From the NCBI GenBank assembly GCA_002722055.1, contig PBKD01000004.1, forward strand, positions 7,049-71,048: a DNA stretch of 64,000 nucleotides, read 5' to 3'. Each line of letters starts with the position of its first letter. Within the stretch, counting starts at the first letter, position 1. The stretch is from Rhodospirillaceae bacterium (GTDB lineage: Bacteria > Pseudomonadota > Alphaproteobacteria > SHVP01). A model generated the notes under the pieces. The model made no database searches. It was not told where the DNA came from and was given only the letters and a program-made list of their open reading frames with translations. Positions 9,487 to 20,123 of the stretch are shown piece by piece. The position numbers were made by a program, and so were the translations under genes.

Positions 9487-10467
9487 ATGAAAAAAATTCA
9501 AAGAATTGAAAAAATAAAAATTAATTCTATAAAAAATAGTAAAAGACTAGATGCTTTTCTTGCAATGAGCTTACCAGATCTTTCAAGAAATAAAATAAAA
9601 AAACTAATTTTAGAGGGAAATGTATCAAATAATAAGGAGAAAATAACTGACCCTAATCATAATATTAATGAGGGCGAAATATATGAGATTATTATTCCCG
9701 AACCAGAAATAAGTAATATTAAGCCCCAAATAAAAAACCTTGATATTTTCTTTGAAGATGATGACTTAATTGTAATAAATAAACCTGCTGGTTTGGTAGT
9801 ACACCCTGCGCCTGGTAATTATGAAGGAACTCTTGTAAATGCTTTATTAGCACATTGTGGTAATTCCTTGTCTGGAATCGGAGGAGTTATAAGGCCAGGT
9901 ATAGTCCACAGACTTGATAAGGATACAAGTGGTTTATTAGTGATCGCTAAAAACGACTTTGCTCACATAGAACTTTCGAGACAATTTAAGAAAAAAATTA
10001 TAAAAAGAATATATTTTGGTATTACTTGGGGTATTTTAAATAGTCAGTCTGGAGAGATAAAAAATTATATAGGTAGAAACCCAAACAATAGAAAAAAAAT
10101 GGCTATTGTAAACTCTTCAAAGGGTAAACTTGCAATAACAAAATATACTGTATTAAAGAATTATGGGAGTCTGGCTTCAGAATTACATTTTAAATTATCA
10201 ACAGGCAGAACACATCAAATAAGAGTACATTTTTCCTCTAATAAGAATCCTTTAATTGGAGATAAGACATATGGAAATTCTCAAAAGTTACAGAAAATAA
10301 TTAATCAAGAAATATTAGAAAAAAAAATAATTAATAGACAGGCTTTACACGCCGTCAAACTTTGCTTTGAACACCCAAGAAGTAAAGAAAAAATGGAATT
10401 TGAAAGTAATTTACCTAATGATATCAATAATTTAAGGGACTTTCTTTCAAAAAAAATAGCTATTTGA
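9487..10467 (+). CDS. rluD: RluA-family 23S rRNA pseudouridine synthase with N-terminal S4 domain (RluD-like)
   Basis: An S4-like N-terminus, the catalytic 'HRLDKDTSGLLVIAKN', and 'TGRTHQIRVH' are present. Confidence 0.8.
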   Translation: MKKIQRIEKIKINSIKNSKRLDAFLAMSLPDLSRNKIKKLILEGNVSNNKEKITDPNHNINEGEIYEIIIPEPEISNIKPQIKNLDIFFEDDDLIVINKPAGLVVHPAPGNYEGTLVNALLAHCGNSLSGIGGVIRPGIVHRLDKDTSGLLVIAKNDFAHIELSRQFKKKIIKRIYFGITWGILNSQSGEIKNYIGRNPNNRKKMAIVNSSKGKLAITKYTVLKNYGSLASELHFKLSTGRTHQIRVHFSSNKNPLIGDKTYGNSQKLQKIINQEILEKKIINRQALHAVKLCFEHPRSKEKMEFESNLPNDINNLRDFLSKKIAI

Positions 10468-10615
10468 ATTTTTTTTATGCTTGAAAAAATCTCAGAATTA
10501 GATAAAAAAACTGGAAATTAATTATTAAGTAACTACATATAGAGTATATTAGTGATCCAAACCCAGATTTGTTCGTATAAAAAGGTAGATAACATTACAG
10601 AACCTAAGGATTAAT

Positions 10616-11506
10616 ATGGCATCAAATATTCCAAGTGTATCAAATGATGGAGATCTTTCATCTTATTTGAGAGCAATTAGAAAGTTCCCAATGCTTTCTA
10701 TTGATGAAGAATTTACACTTGCTAAAAGACTGCAAGATGATGGGGACACTGACGCTGCTCATAAACTCGTAACAAGTCATTTAAGATTAGTTGCTAAAAT
10801 AGCAATGGGTTACAGAGGTTATGGTCTACCACTGAGCGAACTTATATCTGAAGGTAATATTGGCATGATGCAAGCAGTTAAAAAATTTGACCCTGATAAA
10901 GGTTTCAGACTTGCAACTTATGCTATGTGGTGGATACGGGCCTCAATTCAAGAATATATCCTTCACTCGTGGTCATTAGTTAAAATGGGAACCACTGCTG
11001 CTCAAAAGAAACTCTTTTTTAATCTAAAGAAATTAAAGGGCCAGATAAATGCCATGGAGGAAGGCGACCTCCATCCAAATAACCTTAACAAAATTGCAGA
11101 TACACTCAATGTTTCAAAGCAAGAAGTTATTAATATGAATAGAAGGTTATCCTCAGGTGATCGTTCTTTAAATACCCCCATGCATTTAGATTCTGATGGT
11201 GATTGGATAGACTGGCTTGAAGATGACTCTCCAAATCAAGAAACAATTGTCTCAGAAAAAGACGAATTCGATAAAAGATATGCTGTACTTAAAGATTCAA
11301 TGGATATCCTTAACGAAAGAGAAAGAAGAATAATTTTTCACAGAAGACTTACCGATGAACCCCTCACTCTTGAACAACTTTCAGAAGAATATAACATCAG
11401 CAGGGAACGCGTAAGACAAATCGAAGTTAGAGCCTTCGAAAAACTTCAAGAGGCTGTTAAAAAATCATACCAGGCCAACAATTTAATTGAGAACAGCTCG
11501 ATTTAG
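10616..11506 (+). CDS. rpoH: RNA polymerase sigma-32 (heat-shock sigma factor RpoH)
   Basis: Sigma-70 regions 2-4 are present with the RpoH-specific 'QRKLFFNLKKLKG' box (RpoH box 'QRKLFFNLR'). Confidence 0.9.
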   Translation: MASNIPSVSNDGDLSSYLRAIRKFPMLSIDEEFTLAKRLQDDGDTDAAHKLVTSHLRLVAKIAMGYRGYGLPLSELISEGNIGMMQAVKKFDPDKGFRLATYAMWWIRASIQEYILHSWSLVKMGTTAAQKKLFFNLKKLKGQINAMEEGDLHPNNLNKIADTLNVSKQEVINMNRRLSSGDRSLNTPMHLDSDGDWIDWLEDDSPNQETIVSEKDEFDKRYAVLKDSMDILNERERRIIFHRRLTDEPLTLEQLSEEYNISRERVRQIEVRAFEKLQEAVKKSYQANNLIENSSI

Positions 11507-12798
11507 ATTTCATCAAATGGATTTCTTTTAACTATTGTGTCTTCTCTCTCTGGACTGGTAGTAATAATATCTACATCTACACCAATTTGTTTCTCAAGAA
11601 ACTGAATATATTCTTTTGCCTCCCTAGGCAAATCTAACCAATTTCTTATTCCCCTCACACTTGTTTTCCAACCTCTAATACTTTCATAAACTGGTTCAAC
11701 TTCTGACTGTTCACTAATTGAGCTTGGAATATAATCAATAAATTTATTTCCAATCTTATATTTGATACAAATCTTGATTTCATCAAAACCGTCTAAAACA
11801 TCCAGTTTAGTTAGCGCTAAACCTTTTATCCCACTTATTTGGGCCACTTGCTTTACTAGCACTGAGTCGAACCATCCACATCTTCTTGGCCTTCCAGTTA
11901 CTGTTCCTATTTCGTTACCTCTTTTAGCCAATTGATCAAAATTTTTATCGAATAATTCGGAGGGAAAAGGGCCAGATCCGACTCTTGTAGTATAGGCTTT
12001 AGTAATACCTAAAATATAGTTTAAATGTTGGGGGCCAATACCAGAACCAATTGATGCATACCCAGCTAATGTATTTGAGGAAGTTACATATGGATAGGTT
12101 CCATGATCAAGATCTAATAGAGCTCCTTGAGCGCCTTCAAATAATATTTTCTTTTTTTGGTAAATTGAATTTCGTAATTCTTGCCATACTGGGCTTATAT
12201 GACCTTTAATTTTTGAAAAAATATTCATAATATCTTTGTATATATTTTCTTTATCAATTGGATTAACTCCAAAGTAAGATCTCAAAGGATCATGATGTAA
12301 CGCCATTAAATCAACTCTATTTTTTACAGTTTTAGGGTCTTTTAAATCTCCAAGTCTGATGGATCTTCTTCCAACTTTATCCTCATAAGCAGGCCCAATA
12401 CCTCTTCTTGTTGTTCCCAGGTTATTTTTTGGACTAGAGTCCTCTCTCATTGCATCTAGCTCTTTATGAAAAGGTAAAATTAAAGTTGCAGTATCAGAAA
12501 TCTTTAAATTTTCTGGTGTTATGGTTACTCCTTCAGATTGCAATGAATGTATCTCTTCAACTAGTTTCCAGGGGTCTAATACCACTCCATTACCTATAAT
12601 ACATAACTTACCAGGTCTTACTATTCCTGAGGGAAGTAAACTTAATTTATAAGTTACATCGTCAATAACTAGAGTATGACCAGCATTGTGACCACCTTGA
12701 AATCTTACAACAATATCTGCTTGACTGGACAACCAATCAACTAATTTACCTTTACCCTCATCACCCCATTGAGAACCTATAACAACAACATTTACCAT
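11503..12798 (-). CDS. purA: adenylosuccinate synthetase
   Basis: 'VVIGSQWGDEGKGK' P-loop, 'GNGVVLDP', 'GTTRRGIGPAYEDK'. The ATG start was checked in the sequence. Confidence 0.95.
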   Translation of the reverse strand: MVNVVVIGSQWGDEGKGKLVDWLSSQADIVVRFQGGHNAGHTLVIDDVTYKLSLLPSGIVRPGKLCIIGNGVVLDPWKLVEEIHSLQSEGVTITPENLKISDTATLILPFHKELDAMREDSSPKNNLGTTRRGIGPAYEDKVGRRSIRLGDLKDPKTVKNRVDLMALHHDPLRSYFGVNPIDKENIYKDIMNIFSKIKGHISPVWQELRNSIYQKKKILFEGAQGALLDLDHGTYPYVTSSNTLAGYASIGSGIGPQHLNYILGITKAYTTRVGSGPFPSELFDKNFDQLAKRGNEIGTVTGRPRRCGWFDSVLVKQVAQISGIKGLALTKLDVLDGFDEIKICIKYKIGNKFIDYIPSSISEQSEVEPVYESIRGWKTSVRGIRNWLDLPREAKEYIQFLEKQIGVDVDIITTSPEREDTIVKRNPFDEI

Positions 12799-12802
12799 TA
12801 AA

Positions 12803-13969
12803 CTACTCCAGAATTTTTCTTAATTGGAGCAACGACTTTGGCTCTTTATTAAAAAATACATATTCACATCTATGTCTTTCAGCATCATCTAGTATACTTT
12901 GAGTTTCTTGAAAAAGTATTACTGTTAACCAGCCTTTATCTCTTAAGTCTTTCGCCTGTTTATAAGTGGTGTCTTCAGGAAGAAGAATTCTTTTGCTATT
13001 ATTTTTAGTATTAGTAGCAGAAATTTTTAATAATGAATCAAGGTAAATACTAAATCCTACGGCATTTTCATCATTTGCAGTCTGATATCTGCCGCCTTTG
13101 CCTAACTCAAATTTAGCAAGTGGCGAATACAGGGTGAAACCTATACCAGTATGATATTCAAAACCATTATATTCAGATAAATCTATAGTAATAGTAACAT
13201 CTGGAAGTAACTTCTTAATTCCTTGATAAACATCATTTATATACAAAATTAATTCTTTAGCTTTACTATTAAGCTTTAATGAATTTAATGTATTCAATGC
13301 TTTTTCAACAGGACCGATTGAGTTTAATATAACTTCAAAGATATCAGTCTTTTTTGAAAGCTCTAATTTTTTTAATGACAACAAATCTTTTTTATCTAAA
13401 AATTCTCTTATCATAGCTGATTCTTTTCCAGGAAATTCTAAATCATCTAAAATTGCTCCTATAAATGTTGGAAGAGTCAAATCAATAGAAATTTTAGGCA
13501 CATCTACTTTTTTAAGCGACTCTACTGCTAAAGCAATTACTTCAACATCTGCTTTAAAACTTTTTTCTCCTATTAATTCAAAACCTGTTTGGGTAAATTG
13601 TCTTTCTGGTCTAACCTGTGATGTTTTAAGCCTTAAAATATCTCCAGAATAAGATAACCTGAGCGGTCTTGCTAATTTAGAAAGATGAGATGAAACAATA
13701 CGCGAAATTTGAATAGTAATATCAGACCTTAAACATAAAGTTTTTTGTGTCTTTGGATCTATAAGTTTAAACATATTTTCTTCAATTTTATTACTAAGAT
13801 TATCTAAAATACTATCTTCATTCTCAATTAGTGGAGGTTTTACAATTTCATAACCTGATTTTCGAAAATTATCTAGCAAGCTAGCAACCAATTGAGACTC
13901 AGCTAAAGCTTCATCAATTAGTAAATCTTTAAACCCTTCAGGAAGTAGAATATTATTTTTTTTAGTCAT
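12803..13969 (-). CDS. hisZ: ATP phosphoribosyltransferase regulatory subunit (HisRS paralogue lacking the anticodon domain)
   Basis: The class-II aaRS HisS-like N-terminus 'LLPEGFKDLLIDEA...GYEIVKPPLIE' and a length of about 390 aa fit alphaproteobacterial HisZ. hisG is not adjacent here. Confidence 0.55.
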   Translation of the reverse strand: MTKKNNILLPEGFKDLLIDEALAESQLVASLLDNFRKSGYEIVKPPLIENEDSILDNLSNKIEENMFKLIDPKTQKTLCLRSDITIQISRIVSSHLSKLARPLRLSYSGDILRLKTSQVRPERQFTQTGFELIGEKSFKADVEVIALAVESLKKVDVPKISIDLTLPTFIGAILDDLEFPGKESAMIREFLDKKDLLSLKKLELSKKTDIFEVILNSIGPVEKALNTLNSLKLNSKAKELILYINDVYQGIKKLLPDVTITIDLSEYNGFEYHTGIGFTLYSPLAKFELGKGGRYQTANDENAVGFSIYLDSLLKISATNTKNNSKRILLPEDTTYKQAKDLRDKGWLTVILFQETQSILDDAERHRCEYVFFNKEPKSLLQLRKILE

Positions 13970-14009
13970 AATTTATCTTATAACAAACAACAATTATAAA
14001 GAAATTAAT

Positions 14010-15590
14010 TTAATTAAAATTTATAGAAATTGCTGAATTTACCAACGAGAGTGATTTAATTTCATTTAGTGTGGTCCCATCTATTGGGGCATCAATAGAT
14101 ATTAATGACATTGCCTTTCCCCCTGCCATTTGTCTGCCAAGTTGAAAAGTTGCAATATTTACTCCCGCTTCTCCTAAAATTCCTCCCAGTAAACCAACAA
14201 AACCTGGTTGGTCATCATTAGTAACTAATAACATATTTTTTGATAATTCAGCTTCAATTCTTATTCCATTTACTTCTACAACACGTGGAATTCCATTCTC
14301 AAATACAACCCCTTCAACTGAATTTCTTATTCCATTGCCCTCAACAATAAGTTTTATTGTAGAGCGATACTGTTGTGAGTTTTCATTGATGGTTTCAATT
14401 ATTTCTACACCTCTCTCACGTATAATAGAGGGAGCATTTACCATATTTATTGAATCCATCCCATATTTAAATACACCTTCCAAGGCTACTGAAGTAAGAG
14501 GATGAATATTCAAAGATGCTACTTTACCATTAAACTCCATAAAAAACTTTTTTACTTCAAAATCTGTTAGCTGACCTAGAAAACTACTTATTTGCCTTAC
14601 TAGTTCAAGAAATGGTTTAAGTTTTGGAGCATCTTCTCTTGAAATAGAGGGCATATTAAGAGCATTCTCTATTGAACCCTCTAACAAGTAGTCTGAAATC
14701 TGTTCAGCTACCTGTATAGATACGTTCTCTTGAGCTTCCAAGGTAGACGCACCTAAATGCGGGGTAACAATAACTTTTTCATGGCCAAACAAAATGTTTT
14801 TGTGAGCAGGTTCATCAGCAAATACATCAAGAGCTACACCAGCAATTTTACCTTCATTTAAACCATTTAGCAGGTCTCTCTCATCAATTAAACCACCTCT
14901 TGCGCAATTTACAATGTAAATGCCTTTTTTCATTTTATTAATTGATTCTTTATTTATAATATTTTTTGTTGTATCAGTAAATGGAGTATGTAAAGAAATA
15001 TAATCTGAGGATCTAAGAAGTTCATCAAAGTCTACTTTTGTTACACCTATCTCCTTTGCAGATTCATCCGATAGAAACGGGTCATAAGCCATAACCTTAA
15101 TTTTTAGACCTATGGCTCTATTAGCAACTATTGAACCAATTCTACCACAACCAATAAGACCCAAAGTTTTTCCAAAAAGCTCAGAACCCATAAACTTACT
15201 TTTTTCCCACTTCCCTGAATGAGTTGATTCACTTGCTTGAGGTATTTTTCTAGCTAGGGAAAAAATTAGGGCTATAGCATGCTCTGCTGTTGTTATCGAG
15301 TTACCAAATGGTGTGTTCATAACTATTACACCTTTTTTAGATGCAACTTTGATATCTATATTATCAACACCTATCCCTGCTCTTCCTACAACTTTAAGAT
15401 TTTTAGCTGCTTCAATAATTTTTTTATTCACTTTAGTGCTTGATCTCACTACCAAGGCATTATAGCTCTTAATTTCTTTAACTAGATCTTCTTCACTTAA
15501 ATTTGTTTTTACATCAACATCTATACCCCTAGATAAAAAAATTTCTTTAGCATGAGTACTGAGCGAGTCAGATATTAATACATTTACCAT
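14010..15590 (-). CDS. serA: D-3-phosphoglycerate dehydrogenase with C-terminal ACT domain
   Basis: A 2-hydroxyacid dehydrogenase core ('GLIGCGRIGS', 'NCARGGLIDE') and a long form of about 526 aa with ASB/ACT domains. Sits in an operon with serC. Confidence 0.9.
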   Translation of the reverse strand: MVNVLISDSLSTHAKEIFLSRGIDVDVKTNLSEEDLVKEIKSYNALVVRSSTKVNKKIIEAAKNLKVVGRAGIGVDNIDIKVASKKGVIVMNTPFGNSITTAEHAIALIFSLARKIPQASESTHSGKWEKSKFMGSELFGKTLGLIGCGRIGSIVANRAIGLKIKVMAYDPFLSDESAKEIGVTKVDFDELLRSSDYISLHTPFTDTTKNIINKESINKMKKGIYIVNCARGGLIDERDLLNGLNEGKIAGVALDVFADEPAHKNILFGHEKVIVTPHLGASTLEAQENVSIQVAEQISDYLLEGSIENALNMPSISREDAPKLKPFLELVRQISSFLGQLTDFEVKKFFMEFNGKVASLNIHPLTSVALEGVFKYGMDSINMVNAPSIIRERGVEIIETINENSQQYRSTIKLIVEGNGIRNSVEGVVFENGIPRVVEVNGIRIEAELSKNMLLVTNDDQPGFVGLLGGILGEAGVNIATFQLGRQMAGGKAMSLISIDAPIDGTTLNEIKSLSLVNSAISINFN

Positions 15591-15595
15591 ATTAA

Positions 15596-16762
15596 CTACT
15601 TTCTATTATTTTTTAATTTGTTAAAAACCCATTCTAGCCAAGGAAGTAATGCAGAAATATCTTTTGTCTCTACAGTAGATCCACACCATATTCTTAAACC
15701 TAATGGAGCATCTCTGTAAGAATGAATATCATATGCAACGTTACAATCCTCTAACATATTCACCATCTCTGATACAAATTTAGACTGAGAGTCACTACCT
15801 AAAGAAAGAAACCATTTATCTACAATTTTCAGACAGACTGAAGTTTTAGATCTATATCTAGATGTTGTAGCCAAAAAATCAACCCATGCTGTATTTCTAA
15901 CCCAATCCTCAATAATCTCAAAATTCCTACTGGTTCTATTTATTAATTCTGGCAAGCCACCTATTTGTCTAACCCAATTTAAAGTATCTAATAAATCTTC
16001 AATACATAACATTGATGGTGTATTTATTGTTGAACCAGAAAATATACCTCTGTTTAACTTACTACCTTTTTTTATACGAAAAAGTTTAGGTATTGGCCAT
16101 TTAGGTGTATAGCTTTCTATTCTATCTATAGCTCTAGGACTTAGTATTAATACACCATGACCTCCTTCACCACCTAAAACTTTTTGCCACGAATAGGTTG
16201 CAACATCAATTTTTTCCCACGGTATTTCTAAAGAAAAAACTGCTGAAGTTGCATCACAAATAGTTAAACCTTTTCTAGTTTCAGGTATCCAATCACCATC
16301 AGGCACACAAACTCCAGAAGTAGTTCCATTCCATGTGAAAACAATATCATTTTCAAAGTTTAATTCCTTTAGATCTGGTAAATTGCCATATTCAACTATA
16401 TGGGTCTTGCATTCCCTAAGTTTTAGTTCATCTACGATATCTTTGACCCAATCCTTTCCAAAACTTTCCCATGCTAATACCTCAGTTTTATTCTTTCCAA
16501 GCAAAGACCATAGGGCTATTTCCATAGCTCCAGTATCAGAACCAGGCACAATACCTAATTCATAGCCCTTTGGAAGTGATAAAATTTCTTTTGATATTTC
16601 AATTGCAGACTTAATTTTGCTTAAAGCCAAAACTGACCTATGCGACCTGCCGAGACTATCTAAATTAATATTGTTAATTGACCAACCTGGCCTTTTATTA
16701 CATGGTCCTGAAGAGAATTTTGGGTTTAATGGCTTCATAATTGGCTTTACAAGTTTATCCAT
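15596..16762 (-). CDS. serC: phosphoserine aminotransferase
   Basis: 'FSSGPCNKRPGW' N-terminus of the long (about 390 aa) SerC class. Sits 5 nt upstream of serA. Confidence 0.9.
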   Translation of the reverse strand: MDKLVKPIMKPLNPKFSSGPCNKRPGWSINNINLDSLGRSHRSVLALSKIKSAIEISKEILSLPKGYELGIVPGSDTGAMEIALWSLLGKNKTEVLAWESFGKDWVKDIVDELKLRECKTHIVEYGNLPDLKELNFENDIVFTWNGTTSGVCVPDGDWIPETRKGLTICDATSAVFSLEIPWEKIDVATYSWQKVLGGEGGHGVLILSPRAIDRIESYTPKWPIPKLFRIKKGSKLNRGIFSGSTINTPSMLCIEDLLDTLNWVRQIGGLPELINRTSRNFEIIEDWVRNTAWVDFLATTSRYRSKTSVCLKIVDKWFLSLGSDSQSKFVSEMVNMLEDCNVAYDIHSYRDAPLGLRIWCGSTVETKDISALLPWLEWVFNKLKNNRK

Positions 16763-16842
16763 ATACCACTCTCCAAACTAAGCATTTAATCCAAAATAGA
16801 TAATAATCACACACTTCAATCGAGACAAATAAATTTATAACT

Positions 16843-17643
16843 TTAAGCTAGAGGCTCGATAGAATGAACATGATTTAGAGGACCATAACCTCTACCAATA
16901 CCTGGTGCGTTTTTAATTGCTTTGTTAACATATTCATGGGCTATTGCAACAGCTTTTTTTATTTCATATCCTCTAGATAGACCGGACGCAATAGCAGCTG
17001 ATAGCGTGCACCCTGTTCCATGTGTGTTCCTGGTATTGATTCTATCTGTTTCAAAAATATCAATATTATTTTCTTGAATTAAATAATCCCTTACGATTTG
17101 ACTGTTACTATGCCCTCCCTTCATTAAGACAGCAGACGGCCCCATAGCTAAAATTAATTCCCCTGCTCTAACTATTTCTTTTTCAGAAATAATTCTCATT
17201 TCACTAATAATTTCTGCCTCAGGAATATTTGGTGTGACTATTGTAGCACGAGGTATTAAATTATTTATCAATGACTTCCTTGCATCCTCAGTTAAAAGAT
17301 CATCACCACTTTTTGCAACCATAACTGGATCAATTACTAAAGGACATACTAAAGAATTTTCAATGATTTTTTTAGAAATAAGATTCACTATATTTGTCTT
17401 ATGGAGCATTCCAATTTTAATTGTATCAACTTTTATATCTTCAAGCACACAGTCAATTTGAGTCGAAATAAAGTCTAATGGTACTTCTAATATTGATTTT
17501 ACTCCAGTTGTATTTTGGGCAACTAATGCAGTTACTACAGATAACGCATAACATTTAAATGCTGTGATAGTTTTGATATCAGCTTGAATTCCTGCGCCCC
17601 CAGAAGGGTCTGTTCCAGCAATACTTAGGACTTTGCTAATCAT
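16843..17643 (-). CDS. thiD: hydroxymethylpyrimidine/phosphomethylpyrimidine kinase
   Basis: 'IAGTDPSGGAGIQADIKT' and a PfkB-like C-terminus 'THGTGCTLSAAIASG'. Confidence 0.85.
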   Translation of the reverse strand: MISKVLSIAGTDPSGGAGIQADIKTITAFKCYALSVVTALVAQNTTGVKSILEVPLDFISTQIDCVLEDIKVDTIKIGMLHKTNIVNLISKKIIENSLVCPLVIDPVMVAKSGDDLLTEDARKSLINNLIPRATIVTPNIPEAEIISEMRIISEKEIVRAGELILAMGPSAVLMKGGHSNSQIVRDYLIQENNIDIFETDRINTRNTHGTGCTLSAAIASGLSRGYEIKKAVAIAHEYVNKAIKNAPGIGRGYGPLNHVHSIEPLA

Positions 17644-17645
17644 GG

Positions 17646-18995
17646 CTAATTAACTTTTTGAAAAGATTTTTCAATAGAATGAATAGCTTCTTTGATTGAC
17701 TTAGTATCAGTTCCCTCTGCCATTATTCTAATTAACGGTTCAGTTCCAGATTGCCTTACTAAGATTCTTCCTGAGGAACCAAGCTGTTTATTATGATAAT
17801 CGATAGTTTCTTTTACAATCTCGCTTTCAATAGAGTTTGATGCCGAAGAGTCAATATTTCTTAAAATTTGAGGAAACAATTTAAATGGATGGAATATCTC
17901 ACTGGATTTTTTATTCTCATGTAACATGATTGATAATAACTTAATTGCAGCTAACAAACCATCACCTGTAGTTGAATTATCTAAAAAAATTATATGGCCT
18001 GATTTTTCAGCACCAAAGTTTGTATCAAAACTAATCATTTTCTCCAAAACATACTTATCACCTACTTCTGATCTTAAAAGTTTTATACCTAATTTTTTTA
18101 AATATATTTCTAACCCCAAATTCGACATTGAAGTAGTAACTACATGATTTTTTCTTAATTCATTATTTTTTTTTAAATAGTTAACTATTGCACCAATTAA
18201 GTGATCGCCATCTACTAAGCAACCCTTTTCATCACAAACTATCAACCTATCTGCATCTCCGTCTAAAGCAAAACCAATATCAGCACCCTCTTCAAGGACT
18301 TTTCTTATCATTTTTTCTGGGCAGGTTGAGCCACATTGGTCATTGATATTTACCCCATTAGGCTTGTCATTAATCGAGACAACTGTAGCTCCTAACTCCC
18401 TTAAAACTTGAGGGGCAATTCTATAAGCGGCACCATTTGCAGAGTCAATTACAATTTTCATACCAGAAAGAGTCTTACCAGCTTTAAAATTTATCTTTAG
18501 ATTTTCAATATATCTTCCTACTCCACCCTCTAATCTCGTAGCTCTTCCAACTAAATCAGGATGAGAGAGTGAAACACCATCCATTATTCTTTTTTCTATT
18601 TCTAGTTCATCACTATCTGATATTTTATGACCATCAGAACCAAAAATTTTAATTCCGTTATCCTTATATAGGTTGTGAGATGCGGATATTATAACACCTA
18701 AGTTTGCTTCTAAACTATGAGTAAGCATTGCAACTGCTGGTGTAGGCATTGGCCCAACCATAATTACATCTGTACCTACAGAAGTAAAGCCAGATACCAG
18801 CGCAGATTCTAACATGTAACCAGATAACCTTGTGTCCTTACCAATAAGAACATTATTTTTACGACTATCATTTTGAAAATAGCTACCTAAAGACATACCT
18901 AATTTTAGAATTATTTCGGGTGTCATAGGAAATTTATTTACCTCGCCCCTAACTCCATCAGTTCCAAAAAATTTTTTTTTGTTTATTTTTGTCAT
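17646..18995 (-). CDS. glmM: phosphoglucosamine mutase
   Basis: 'FGTDGVRG' N-terminus, the active-site Ser loop 'SASHNLYKDNGIK', and conserved ftsH-folP-glmM synteny. Confidence 0.9.
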   Translation of the reverse strand: MTKINKKKFFGTDGVRGEVNKFPMTPEIILKLGMSLGSYFQNDSRKNNVLIGKDTRLSGYMLESALVSGFTSVGTDVIMVGPMPTPAVAMLTHSLEANLGVIISASHNLYKDNGIKIFGSDGHKISDSDELEIEKRIMDGVSLSHPDLVGRATRLEGGVGRYIENLKINFKAGKTLSGMKIVIDSANGAAYRIAPQVLRELGATVVSINDKPNGVNINDQCGSTCPEKMIRKVLEEGADIGFALDGDADRLIVCDEKGCLVDGDHLIGAIVNYLKKNNELRKNHVVTTSMSNLGLEIYLKKLGIKLLRSEVGDKYVLEKMISFDTNFGAEKSGHIIFLDNSTTGDGLLAAIKLLSIMLHENKKSSEIFHPFKLFPQILRNIDSSASNSIESEIVKETIDYHNKQLGSSGRILVRQSGTEPLIRIMAEGTDTKSIKEAIHSIEKSFQKVN

Positions 18996-19030
18996 AAAAA
19001 CTCATTAAAGAATAATTTTCAAAACTACTA

Positions 19031-20098
19031 TTAATTTTTAGTTTCAGCAATATGTGTCCAAATATTAAGAGCTTGCAAGGTTTGCTTTACATCATGCACC
19101 CTATACATCTGTACTCCCTGAGATAAGGACCATAGGACTGAAGCTATAGATCCTCCAAGACGATCTTCTTCCTTTTCCTTTTTACTCCACCTTCCAATAA
19201 AACTTTTACGAGACGAGCCAAGTAATATTGGACAACCAAAGCCATGAAAAATACTTATATGTTTCATTAAACGCCTTAGATGGTTATCATTTTTTCCAAA
19301 ACCTATACCTGGGTCAATTATAAGTCTAGATCTATCTATACCATGTTGCTCACAAAACTTTATTCTTTCCTCAAAATAATCAAATATATCTAAAATTACA
19401 TCATTATATTGGGGGTTTTCTTGCATAATTTTAGGAGCTCCCTGACTATGCATTAGTATGAGACCACATTTCGTTGAACTAATTTCTTTAACACTATCTT
19501 TATCATTTGAAAGAGACGTAATATCATTAATAATCTTAGCTCCAGCATTAATTGCATCTCGCATTATTTTAGACTTGTTTGTATCTACAGATATTAAAAA
19601 CCGATCAGAAAGATTTTCTATGACACTTATAACTCTTTTACGCTCTTCATTATATGATATTGATTCAGATCCAGGCCTAGTGGACTGCCCCCCTATATCT
19701 ATGATACTTGCTCCTTGTTTAGCTAAAATTTCTCCATGAATTATTGCATTCTTATGAAGATAGTATTCCCCACCATCAAAAAAACTATCCGGTGTTACAT
19801 TAACAACCCCCATAACGGTAGGAGAGCTAAATGAAACTCCATGCAAACTATCTCTTTTAGACAAAATCAGGTGGATTTTTTCTTCTATCTCACTTATTCT
19901 ATTATTGTTTTTAGCCCAATCAAGTAAATTTTTGTATGGTATATCACAAGTTAAAGTTTTAGAATTTTTCCTGATAAAAACTTTAAAATGTTCAAAATAA
20001 AGATTACTGCCTCCAAGCCTTAATTTACTATTGTTGCCTAAATTTAACGCTTGTGGTGCTATATAAATTTTATCATTAGGTAAAATATTTTTAAGCAA
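19031..20098 (-). CDS. folP: dihydropteroate synthase, N-terminus uncertain
   Basis: The DHPS core begins at 'VMGVVNVTPDSFFDGG'. The track ORF adds about 95 aa upstream from a TTG. The only internal ATG would give a canonical-length protein of about 260 aa. Confidence 0.8.
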   Translation of the reverse strand: MLKNILPNDKIYIAPQALNLGNNSKLRLGGSNLYFEHFKVFIRKNSKTLTCDIPYKNLLDWAKNNNRISEIEEKIHLILSKRDSLHGVSFSSPTVMGVVNVTPDSFFDGGEYYLHKNAIIHGEILAKQGASIIDIGGQSTRPGSESISYNEERKRVISVIENLSDRFLISVDTNKSKIMRDAINAGAKIINDITSLSNDKDSVKEISSTKCGLILMHSQGAPKIMQENPQYNDVILDIFDYFEERIKFCEQHGIDRSRLIIDPGIGFGKNDNHLRRLMKHISIFHGFGCPILLGSSRKSFIGRWSKKEKEEDRLGGSIASVLWSLSQGVQMYRVHDVKQTLQALNIWTHIAETKN

Positions 20099-20123
20099 AG
20101 AGTTAATTTAGCTTCTAAAAAAT

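Noticed and set aside
16843-18995. TPP riboswitch in front of thiD or thiE
   Set aside because: Both genes start 2-11 nt after the preceding gene, so there is no room for a THI-box leader.
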